From Perkinsus chesapeaki ATCC PRA-425 (lineage: Eukaryota > Protista > Perkinsozoa): 64,000 nt of DNA. The stretch is taken from contig JAAPAO010000024.1 in the NCBI GenBank assembly GCA_013115145.1, forward strand, positions 64,370 through 128,369, given 5' to 3'. Shown here one piece after another: positions 34,333 to 45,861 of this stretch. The translations under genes were made by a program, and so were the position numbers. A model generated the notes under the pieces. The model did no database searches, was not told the origin of the DNA, and was given only the letters and a program-made list of their open reading frames with translations. Position 1 is the first letter of the stretch, and the number at the start of each line of letters is the position of its first letter.

Positions 34333-36422
34333 ATGCCTAATCTGCTGGCCCTATCTATTATCCTATTGGTTCCATCTGCAGCACTAGGACCAACTCACTC
34401 CGCCTACCAAGTCACGTGGAGTGCTACAATAGTCGCCAATGGCTCTAAGCACGTTCTAACTCCTCGAGCCGCATTTCACAGAGCCGCGGGTCGGTGGGCG
34501 TGTTTCTCTTCAAGGGATAATCAAATACTTGGCTATAGGGTTACCTTGCAAACTCAATCTCATCGTGCTGGGGGCGTCGAGGTGTTTCTGAGAGTCTCTG
34601 AGACAAATGGCTGCGGGGGTTCGGCGCGCATTGATCCCATGGCTAGAATCTCCTCCTGGACAATAACTGCGAGCCTTACACGTCGCCACGTGGTGAAGAG
34701 CGTCATCCTTCCCTATGGCTATGGTCGACAACTTGACTGCTCTGTTGAATCCTGCGACCACACTCTATCTTATGGTTCTGATGCGAGCTATCAAGTCCTC
34801 GTCTCATCGCTGGATGGCAATGAGAGTGGATTCCTGGCTACCTTGGATGGAGCTGGTTTCCTAAAGACTTACACTTCCGGTAATCACGGCACGGAGTTTT
34901 CTGTAACAACGGAGGTAAGATGATTCGTGTGGAAGTTATGACATGTTTCTTTTCAGTTACGCGAGCGGCTTGATCCAGCCACGTTACCATTTCGTACTCC
35001 CTTTCCGACGGTGGTTGGTGTCATAGAAGGCGATTGGTTCGATGTGGCGAATATCTATCGTGAATGGGCAGTTCCGGTCTTCACGGTTCCCAAAAAGAGG
35101 ACTTGGCTTGATGAGGCTCCGGGTGCGCTCTGGGTAAACAGTCACTGGAAAGGAGAAGGCACATTTCTGAAACTTGGTGGTCAACCTAAGCGAGTCCTGG
35201 ATAATGTGGATAGACTACGCAAACTGATCGGTGGGGATCGTGAAGTGGCTCTTCATTGGTATGAATGGGACAACCTTGGATATACTGACGGTGATAACTA
35301 CACCATGTGTCCCGATCCTACTTGTGGTTTTAACACGCACTATCCTCATTATCTTCCTGCTAGACCCGGCTTCGCAGAGGCAGTTGATAAGTTGTATGGA
35401 ATGGGCGTTCGCGTATTCCCCTACATCAACGGTCGGTTATTCGATACTCAACTGGGAGAATGGGGGAATTTTGTGGAAGCTAAATATGGGTGTCGTGATT
35501 CGAATGGCCAGGTGGTTATTGAAGACTTTCAGTCTGGCACCACCTTTGGTGTCCCGAATCCAACTGCCCGCTACTGGCAACATGTGATCGAAGTTAATTG
35601 CAGGCTTGTGATGTAGGTCGACCGCTATCTCCAAAAGGCCAGGTTAATGTCGTTGTCGTCCTCTCTTTTAGCGAAGTGGCTCCAAGGACGAGTGGGATAT
35701 ACCTGGACGAGCTCGCTGCTGCACCCAACTTGCCTTGCTACATCGATGGTCAAGGGCATGACTTTGTGGGAGGGATCAACAAGGTCGCTTCAGGGTGAGT
35801 TGCCGCTCTCTTTTGCATGCTCAGTGCCCTCTGCTAGAGAAGCAGTTTAGACGTATCCGATAATTCGAAAAGGTGTTTCAGGTGTTCCAGTGTAATGCAA
35901 TCGAAGGATGGCATCACACTCACCGAATCCAATGGTGAAACGATGATGAAATCTGTGGATGCCTATCTCACCCTTGTTGCGATGCTTCCGGCCAAGCCAG
36001 TGCCCTTCTTCGGTGCTGTCTACGGTTACCATTATAAGGGTATCGGTTCTCGTTTCCTTCGACAGGAGCATGGGAACCCCCACGGTTTCAGCTCAGCTAT
36101 TTGCAGGCAGCTACTCTTCGGTAATCGGATTGGTTGGTTTGCCCTTGATGGTCAAGAAGAACTTCTCACTTTCTTAGAAGGGTCTTCTATATCGGTTGAG
36201 TTCCTTTTAGCAGCTCTCGATCTGCGTTCCGACCTATCACTATGGTTTGATAACGGAAGACCAGGTCGTGGCTATGGAGATACCCAACAGGATTGGATCT
36301 ACGACAATGGTCACTTTCAGTCTAACATTACTCTCACCTGTAATCCACTCAACTCAAGTGGTGTGTTCGAGGGGTCTGTAAAGGACTTATTTCATGTGAC
36401 ATTACGAGAAGGCAGCATTTAA
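34333..36422 (+). CDS. Secreted DUF6259-like putative glycoside hydrolase, paralog 2
   Basis: Tandem paralog of 31162-33298 with the same intron positions and motifs. Confidence 0.72.
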
Positions 36423-37021
36423 TCCGCTTACAAATGGAAGATCCAATAACCTCATTGCACCTTAGGTCTAGCATGTTCGGACAACAAGCAAGTTATGCAA
36501 CTGCAGCATTCATATTTTCTACCTGCTTCTTTGTATCCCTATCACAGTGCCGCGTCGGAAAAGCCTAGCAAGCACTTGATAGGTTATCCGCCGCAGGTAC
36601 GATGCTGCTATTTTTATGCCGCCTTCATGAGTTTGTCGGTTACATAAGGCATTGCGTCTGCTCACTATTTGTCATGAAATACTTTTCACAGCATACGCAC
36701 TCTCATAGGTCGGTTGTGTCTTAATTCATATCAATTGGAGCGGGTGAAAGAATTAGCCTTGGAGTCTGGTGAAAATCAAGGATCCCTCGATTCGGTCGAA
36801 CCCATCGGGCAGCCCATCGTGTCGACACCACCGGAATCATTCATCCGTTGCCTGGTTACAGTAGCCTTTGCGTTGGGATCTTCTCTGGGATTAGCTGCTG
36901 CGATCGTACAGTACAGCGTGAGGGCATCTTTAATGTCAATTCCTCTTCTTGGATCAGCCGGATCGTTTTTGGGAGTGTCTACCCGAAAGCCACGGAACAC
37001 GGGCACTCCCGGAGACGCTTC

Positions 37022-40000
37022 TATGCATCCAGTTGCCGACAAGCCGTTGCCTAGCAGAGTCGCTGAGGTTATAGCAGCACTGCAGAAGATTCTCGATACC
37101 ATTCAACAAGGTCACATAAGGCAAGAACCCTTACGCTCCTCAAAGAAAAGCAACCATCCAATAATCGTATTGTATTATGCAGGCAAGAGGAAGTGGACAA
37201 TATCCTGGCTCTAGTTAGAGAGGTGTTGTCCGAGTGTAGGGAGGCCGCAAAGGGAAAAGACTTCCGTGAGCACACGTAGAGGTTATTAGCGCACATCTGA
37301 GTGAAGAACCTTGAACAGGTTAATAGCTCCAGCGTATCGTCTATGGCACGTATGCATATCCCTCCTCAAAGCTGTTGATGAGTACGGTTCATGCACCGTC
37401 GATGAGGAGCCTACAACGGCCAATCTACGGGTATCTAGTCTTTTCCGATGTTGCCGAAGATTGTTGGTGGTTTATAAGGAGCTCGATTGCTTTTGCCGAG
37501 AGATTGCTGCTTGGACGCTGGAGCAGGGAATCAGGGATATACTTAACTCGTACAGTGATGGCGAAGAAGCACGCTCGCAGAGGGACAACATGATAAAGAT
37601 CTGGTATGACGTCACATAGCATCATTGGTGTCCTGGAACGGACTCAGGTTGCGGACTGGGCAGAGTTGGCTCTCGTTGGTGCCAGGAAATGCTGAGCAAT
37701 GGACCGCTGGGACTGCGGCATTAACAAGGGGAATAACAATATTTAAAAAGGCCGTTACGGAGCTGTCTGAGGAATCGGTTAGTGACATTACTAAGAATGC
37801 TGCCTACTCTGGCGCCTTGTGCCTGGCTCAAGGGCTGTGCCTCACTGGGAACTGGGATGGCGCTGTCCAGGTAAGTCGTTCTATGATGGGATGTCCTTGG
37901 CTGTCACTGCCGCATTTTAGACGATAAGCAGCTGTCGCGGGCTCTTATCTACCTGGGTCGGGTATCGCCGTGTTGAAGCGTCATTAGAGCTGGCGTGCCA
38001 GTGCAGGGATATCGCCACCAGAATGATTCGCGCAGCAAAATCGCCAAGTGGAAAGGAATGGGCTATCGGTGGGGCTTTACTAATTAGCCAGCTCCCGTAG
38101 GGTGGCTTCGAATTCATACATAGGACTCCCTGGATGGTCTTCCTCGTCCACGCCAGTCCTGCCCGGAGAGTTGGGGAAGGTGGCGAACCTGCTGAAGTGT
38201 GCACTCGAAGTTGTCTCGGATGATTCTTCGCCTGCAACAGACAACGAGGCTAGCTGTAAGCCGATGGGTTATGTCGTGAATTTCAAAGTCCGTAACACCA
38301 CAGCCTGTTCCGTGGATGGAAGCGTTAGTCTCGATTGCGCATGTCCGTAGTGGTTGTCCAACTAAGCAAGACCCGCAGCGAGGTGTACCGTGTGCTGGCT
38401 GAGGTCCTGTCAATGCAGGGGCAGGGTGAGAAAGCTCTTGAGAGTATACAGAATGCTATACGGGAAGACATCCAGCACAAGCAATATGAGTACGGCCCAC
38501 TGAAGGACATACACTTGACGAGCTTGTTTCCAGGGGTTATTATGAAAGCATCCGTGTTGCTGCATGGGTCATCCTCAACACCAATCCAGAGACTCTGAAA
38601 TCGGGGACGACAGAAAAGCTAATCAAAACTGGAGAGGTGAGTACACCAGTCTTGAACATATATTACGGTGACGCACCTTAGCTGAAGAGATTGGTGGAAG
38701 AGTACTGCGCAGCATCCACAGAAGTCCCGTCGGAGTTGCAACCAGGACCATCGAGCAGGCTGTTGAACTTGGTCGAGCCTTTAGTACACGCTGTTGTCGC
38801 ACTATGTAAACCACACAATCGTCCAGAGTTTTGTTCGGCCAGGTTAGAGGAGATGGTTGAGGTACGCTTCACGATAGTGCGACCGGTTCTGCATAATTCA
38901 GGACGTATTATTGTCAGGCACTCAGCCTGGTAATGCGATCTCTCGAACGAGAATGTGCAGGCTCGTCGTTGGCGTTGATGGCTGCGAGGATAGCGGACGC
39001 GATAGGGACTTTATCTCGATCCATTTCTCGGGGCTCGGAGAAGGGAGCTGGTGGGTTCCTTCGCTGGATCCTGGTTTCGCTGAATCGCGCGAGCGAAAAT
39101 AAATGAGAGAATAATGCACCGTCCGGGAATTGAACCCGGACCATCTGCTTGGAAGGCAGATATCCTAACCATTAGACCAACGGTGCTGCTTAAAAGTTGA
39201 ACGTGGTAAATTGCTCCACCACCCCATGCCGCTTGTACCGCTATATTGTGCATATTATACCGACTGATTATTCGATCAAGCATCTGCAGATACCCGATTG
39301 GGCGGTACTGCGTCTAACGGACTTAGTAGCCTATTGCGCGACATCGTTCTTGTCATATCGGCTAAGAGTCCCTGGGTGGACGAGGTTGTGAAATCACAAT
39401 GCTCGGGCATAGTCTGGAACATGGCTGCCGGTGTAATACCCCTACGGAACCGTTCACTGCGACGGACGTGAATTAACGGCCGGTTCTCAGTTGTACACGT
39501 GTGGAGATTATGTTGCTGCGTCAACGTGGTTTGAACTATGCCAGCAAGTCGTGGATGAAGAGTCCGAATATCGGTGCTGGCAGGCTAGAGCGCTTTGCTC
39601 GTACAGAGCTTGTCAATACGAGGAAGGTTATCGGAATTCCGACATCCGTTGCGGGTATGAACTCAGCCTTGGTCGATATTTAGGTGTCCGTCTGGCAAGA
39701 GCGGCACTGCGCTTATGTTCGGATGCAACTGCAAGATCGCAACCACTGCTCGCGATGGTCAATTGTGCGATTGACGGACAGGTGTCGGGAGCTGGTAAGA
39801 AATGTTTTCCATGTGGCTGCAGTGCGAAACTGCTAGAGGTCATGCTTGAATATACCAGCCCAAGAGCATGTTGCCGCATTGTATTGTTCACTCCTCGTGG
39901 CCGATCCTTAGTTACTGAAATCATTGGCGAGTTAGAAAAGATAGCAGCTAGTTCTGCCGAGGGAGTATCACCACAGCTACTCGTGGCAGTGCTGAACAAA

Positions 40001-42096
40001 TTTGAAGGGTTAGAAGGTATGGAGGAGTATGTCTCTAGATGTCTCAAGGTAAGGTGTTCTCGGTACAGATAACCTAGAGTTAATTTCATTGTGCCAGCTG
40101 ATTGGCCAGTACCTCTGTCGGGGGAGCGATGGCCCTCAAATAAACCTATTGGACCGTTTGACGATATTTCGTTGTATAGCAAAGAACGCTGTCGACGGGG
40201 ACGACAGTGAAGCAGCTCTTCATTATGTCGAAGCAGTATGTGACAGTTTGAGCGGCGTAAGACAAACAAAGAGTGGGTTTATTCTTATTCTTTGAACTCT
40301 GAGTACACACTCAAAGCAACGGCTTGCGATGCAGAGTCACGAATCCAGCCCCTCGTCCACGGGCGATACAACAAGGGGTTGGTCAGAGTCGCTATCGTCT
40401 AGCGGTTAGGACGTCACGTTGTGGCCGTGACAACCCCGGTTCAAATCCGGGTAGCGACTTTTGCTTGACATCATCATGGCGTCCAGGTTCAGCTAGAAGA
40501 TTGCCAGTCTGACCAAGAACAAGTGGTAGATCAAATTGCGGCCTTATTTAAAATCGGCTGGAACCTAGGCGTTCGGCTGGTAAACTGCGACGACCAGGAA
40601 GAGTCTAGTCCTTGGGATGCTGTGAGTAGCGTACACTCGGGGCTTATGTCTGCCGTAAGCTCTTGGCTTCTCAGTCCTTACGAACGGAAACGGTACTTGG
40701 GAATGTTAATCCAAGCTTTCAGGCCTTTCGCGCCTTTCGCAGTGCCCGCACCCTGATAGATCAATTCCTTCTACCCCATGAGAAGGCCAAGGCGGAACGA
40801 GACGAAAAGGAATCATTGAAGGTGAGCCAGCACATTTGTCAGACAACCTCTGCACCCTATTGAATATCGTGGCAGCGATAGACGTTTTTCAGCTAACAGA
40901 GGATTCCCGTATGTGCCTTATTTTTATGCTCACGGCCCTGACCAGATTGGCTTTGAGCTTGGAAAACTCGCCACAAGAGTCATCTGACAATTCACACGAG
41001 TAGAATAGTCACTGAAGGCCGACTAGCAATGGCAGAACTATTTCAGAGCTGAACAGGAGGAGCCACCATCCACGAACTCAAGCCAAGCTAGGGGTCTGGC
41101 CGGCCTGACAGCCAAGGAACTTTATAAAGTATTCGATACTGCTGCTGTGGCCGCTAATTTCCCTCTGAATCTTCACAAACATGCTATTCTGTTTTTCGGC
41201 AGGTGGGATTAGGTTTGTTAAAAGTAAACCAGGAAATGGACAACGGGGCAGCCCGAAGTCTACCGCTGATGCTACTGTTTGAGTTCAAGTGCACCGTTGG
41301 GGCACTCTCGGGTGCGAATGACGGCGAGACGAGATTAGCTGAAGTCAAGCGCATTCTTGAGGACGCTCAATCTAAACGAGTCGCCTCCAAGGACTGGCTT
41401 GAGGTACATTCAACGGTCTTGTGTTCAGGTTTTGTCTGTCGTTGGCATGTAGATACTCACCTCCTGGTGCCTAAACCGGCGTCCGCCTGCATTCGGCGAG
41501 GCAGGTATGGTTCTTGCAGTATTGACCAGTTCCCCGAGAGATGCTGGGCGGATGCTTCCCGTCTATTATCGCGAGTGGCTCCGAGCACAAGAAGGAGCTG
41601 ATGATTCGACACTTCAGGTGAGCTCCCCGCAAGTTAGGTTTTTGTGGTCTTAGAATGCTTCCGAACTGTCAGATTCTTGGCACCTTGCTGACCCTCCTAG
41701 ACGAGGCTGTGCAGTCCAATGGAGCATCCTCTTTGGCCGAGGTAGGCCCTTTCCTATTATAGCATCTACAGATGTACTTTTGTTAGATTGGATACAATGA
41801 AAAGGAGATAAAATGGGTGCTATGTTACTCCTGGGATAGAGCTGTTCGGCTCTACAGGTCCTTCCCAACTTGTAGCACTTCCAAAAGCTGTGATAGTTCC
41901 ATTTTTCAGGCGATGTAGTTATGTTTTAGCAGAGCGTATGATGAGCAAAAGCATGTCCTTCCTAAGGTTTGCGCTACCCGAGACGAAGGAGTCTCTCGAA
42001 GGTGGCTGGCCACTTTTTCGATATCATACCGTTGTTAAGCGGTCAGGTCTCATGGCACAAGCATATGACCAGTGCTTGCAGAGAGTTCCAGCCTGA
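37022..42096 (+). CDS. ZIP4/SPO22/TEX11-like meiotic TPR protein (many exons; start uncertain)
   Basis: TPR-like exons. IVWNMAAG|LYTCGDYVAASTWF resembles ZIP4 'LWN.A...F...DY..A..WF'. LFKIGWNLGVRL resembles TEX11 'WFRKTAWNLAV'. The C-terminal AERMMSKSMSFLRFALPETKESLE..LMAQAYDQCL resembles the TEX11 tail. Confidence 0.62.
39115..39186 (-). tRNA. tRNA-Gly(TCC)
   Basis: The reverse complement GCACCGTTGGTCTAATGGTTAGGATATCTGCCTTCCAAGCAGATGGTCCGGGTTCAATTCCCGGACGGTGCA folds as a cloverleaf with anticodon TCC. Confidence 0.97.
40388..40459 (+). tRNA. tRNA-His(GTG)
   Basis: GTCGCTA/TAGCGAC acceptor stem, anticodon arm TCACG-TTGTGGC-CGTGA, T-loop GGTTCAAATCC and a following T-run. Confidence 0.97.
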
Positions 42097-42283
42097 CCTT
42101 AGCCAGGTTTAGTATCTCCACCATGACCATGGGAATCACAATGTCGTTCACCGTAATAGCAGTCACACATTCGGTGGCTAAGTATGAATGTTTCTTCACT
42201 GCCATTATAGTGTTTGCTTTGTAACAGCGTAAATGAGGGGAGCGATGAGGCTAGATTAGGATAATTCCTTGTCCTCTCTGCTC

Positions 42284-45200
42284 ATGGAGCGTCTCAAAGT
42301 TGTCTCGGAGCATGTGGCAGGCCCCGAGAGTGCCCCAATTCTTTGGCAGCCAAGGGAATCGTATGCCAAGAATACAAAGATGTGAATTCACTCGTTCAGG
42401 ACGTAACGAGATTTGCTATTGTTAGGCGCAAGTTTAGGGAGCTCGTTAAGCAGAAGTTCGACAGTAATGTTGATAGCTATGAAGCACTTCATCATTGGTC
42501 AGTTGGAAATCTAGGTAAAGCACGTATATCCAACTAGGGCGATATTGCTTAATAGGTCTGTTCTGGTCTGTTTGCTGGGACTTTGTTGGTGTGCTAGGAG
42601 ATAAAGGCACTGTGCCCATTGAAAACGAGCACGATATGGTAAGATTGGGAATTCTTGAGGCGGTTTGCAGATGTCTCTAATCCACTAGCATCCTATGTAC
42701 AACGATCATGCTACTCGGCCTACGGCTCGCCAGCTGGAACCAGTCATATTTTTCTAGGTTCGTGCCCAGTTTTTCCCTCGAGGTTACATGAATCTAGCGG
42801 AGAACTGCCTCCGACCAAGCAAGAACCGCCTAGCCTGTATCTTTGATGGGGAAGGGCAGACATCCAGTGGGCATCACTAGCAGGTCAGCGCAGTTAGTAT
42901 TGAGCGTGCCATTTAGGAACTATAACCCGCCACGAGCTCCGAGGTATGGTTTCGGTTCTACAACAGGCATTTGCAGCCAAGGGTATAAGCAAAGGCGATA
43001 GAGTGAGAATGCATCCACTGATACCCGCAGCAAGTTTCCTGGTCAGGTGTGTGGCGTAGTGGCTAATACGCCAGAGACGATTGCGGTGATGCTAGCTCTG
43101 GCATCGCTTGGAGCTATTTGGAGTAATCTGTCTCCATTATGTGATGACTCACCATCTTATTTAGGTAGCGTATCGCCAGACTTTGGAGCTTCAGGTGTGG
43201 TTGAGAGGTTCGAACAGGTAAGGCTTACCTATAGCTATATATAGACTACTGAATAGTTACTAAAGAGCTCTGATAGTACCTGGGCTTTTAGGTATCGCCA
43301 AAGATGTTAGTGTTGACGGATGGATATTACCTAAAAGGCAAATGGATGGGTGAACAAGTAGCGAATAATGCCAAGGATATCGTAAAGCAACTTGGACTCG
43401 ATAAGAAACTGCCCAATGTTCTGGTGAGTGATATTCTTAATTAGTCCATCATATGTACGGTAGTCGTTTCCTTAACGTAATTGTATCGTACAGTAATACG
43501 GTAATGTACATGCAAACGGTACATACATTACCGTATTATTATATCGGCATTACCGCTCTTGTATATTACTTTGCCCGTGACTCAAGTACGGCCCTGTGGT
43601 AGGTCCTCCCTTTTAAGCGATCCGGTGCGAAGAGTACCATGTTGCCATACCAAACCCTACGAACGTTCGTACGTGGGTTCAAACCGCGGCGTGTTCAATT
43701 CGCCAAGACTTCTTTCAATGATCCAGTGTTCATAATGTTCTCCAGTGGAACGACAGGGAAACCGAAATGTAAGCCCCAGCTCGGGAAGGAGGGCACTGCT
43801 CTGAGCTTTCATCCTCAATCCTAATAAAGTGCCAGCTAAGTAATCCTAATAGTACTCAATTTCTGTGGAGGGATGCCCATGATACACTGGGTGGCTTGTT
43901 AGGCATTGTCCACAAGCATGGATGCCTGCTACAGTTAATGAAGGAGCATCAGCTTCACAGCGATATCCGTCCTGGTGATAAAGCCTTGTAATATCCTCGG
44001 CGCATCTGCAAGGAGGTCTGTAGCTCTCAGTTACTACACGACGACAGCGTGGATGATGTGGCAATGGCTGACGACCATGTTGGCTTCTGAGGCTACTATA
44101 GTGTTGTACGCCCCTCTCTGGTTGCTGTGATGAACGTTGAGTTTCCAGGTACGATGGCAACCCTTTTTATCCCACACCAGCCGTGCTACCCCAGCTATGC
44201 AGGAAGCACGGAGTGAAGTTCTTCGGAGTATCTGCAAAGTGCGTATTGGCCTTGCCGGCTTTTGTATGTTAGAAATTCCAGATACATAGACGCCCTTCGT
44301 AAGGCAATCCAGCGCGATCCTAAGCTACTACCGAAACTGGACATGCACCGAGTTAGGACTTTGGCTAGCACAGGCGAGCATCATCTGTTCGCACGTGGCA
44401 TTACGCTTTAATAGGTTCACCACTAGTACCTGAGAGTTTTGACTTCTTATATCGCCATTGGCCCCACATCTGCGTATCGTCCATAAGTGGTGGGACGGAT
44501 ATAGTTAGCTGCTTCATGCTGGGCAATCCTGATGGGCCTGTGAGGTAGGCACGGGAAGCAATCACTATGGATTCGTCTTCACTTCATGCCCGCCTGGTTC
44601 CTCTTCTTCCCTATATTGTTGCTTAGGCGAGGGCAACTTCAATGTCGCGGCCTTGGGATGGCTGTAGAAGTCTGGAATGATGACGGACGCCCCGCCGGAC
44701 CTGGTGTTACAGGCGAGCTCGTCTGTAAGACAAAACGGCTTCGTTTGTCCGGGCAAGGTCCTCCGATATAGGTACGAAGCCGTTTCCATCTCAGCCTTGG
44801 GGTTTTTGGGGTGACGATGAGAAACAAACCAAGTAAGTGGCGAACAGTTACGCTTCGACCTCCGCGCTCTAACTACAGAGCGGCTTGAGCTTCCGCTAGG
44901 ATGTGGCTCGCACGGCACTTCAGCTGCTACTAGGTATCGTGTAGCATACTTCGACAGCAACTTTGGGCCCAATGTGTGGTATCATGGTGATTTCTGTGCT
45001 CTCTATGCCGAAGGTGAGAGAGGACAGTATACTACTGCTACTACCTGCTACGGATATTCATTGCTTGTCGTCAGGCGGGCTTGCAGTTTTTGGGCGGAGT
45101 GATGCGACACTCAACCCTGGAGGCGTCCGAATCGGTACAGCTGATATCTACAAAGTGGTCGAGCATATGCCCGAGGTAATTAATTCTTATTCTCTGCTAT

Positions 45201-45584
45201 ACGAGCCGCACACCCGCCTTACCTTGCCGCAGATCACTGAGGCTCTCTGCTGTGGAGTAACTCGAGGTGGCGACGTCATCATAGCTCTGTTCGTAGTCCC
45301 CCACAGCGGGGTCACAGTGGATAATGATCTACGAGCTAGAATACGGAGGGAAATACAGTCGAGCTGCACACGGCACCATGTAGGTTGCCGAATAGTTGCT
45401 GCTGTATTGGGGCTCATGCCAGGTCCCTGGAATTATTGAACAAGTATCGGACATTCCGCGAACCAAGAACGGCAAAATTGTAGAGTTGGCCGTCCGTGAA
45501 GTTCTTCATCATCGTAAAGTTAAGAACGTGAGCGCGTTGGCTAATCCAGAAGTTCTAAAAGAGTTTGAGAAGTTTGCGATCTGA
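42284..45584 (+). CDS. AACS: Acetoacetyl-CoA synthetase (multi-exon)
   Basis: [75 protein letters not shown] and [14 protein letters not shown]. Confidence 0.92.
43494..43538. repeat. Perfect 15-bp inverted repeat (hairpin) in an AACS intron
   Basis: taatacggtaatgta (43494-43508) and tacattaccgtatta (43524-43538), with a 15-nt loop. Confidence 0.9.
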
Positions 45585-45861
45585 TCTTATTAATGATTCC
45601 ATAGCCTGTTCCACGGAAAGTGAGGTTTCGATCATTCTGCAAAGGTATTGTGTAATGCATTGGGATATTGAAAAGGCTTTCAGCGATAGATTATTGTATA
45701 GGTTCACATTGGTGGGAGTGTTGAAGCGTCGCATCTGTCGAGTTACTACCTTGCTTTTAGCATCCAACCTTTTGTTTGACTCCGTGACCTGCTTTTACTG
45801 TAGTCCTGCCTTCGCGTCCTGTAGTATCTTCTTGGCAGTGTGTGTGTTTTCTACCTCTTCG

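Noticed and set aside
36714-37102. Long open frames on both strands upstream of the ZIP4-like ATG as a separate gene
   Set aside because: No ATG or splice model could be supported with confidence. They may be a 5' extension of the ZIP4-like gene.
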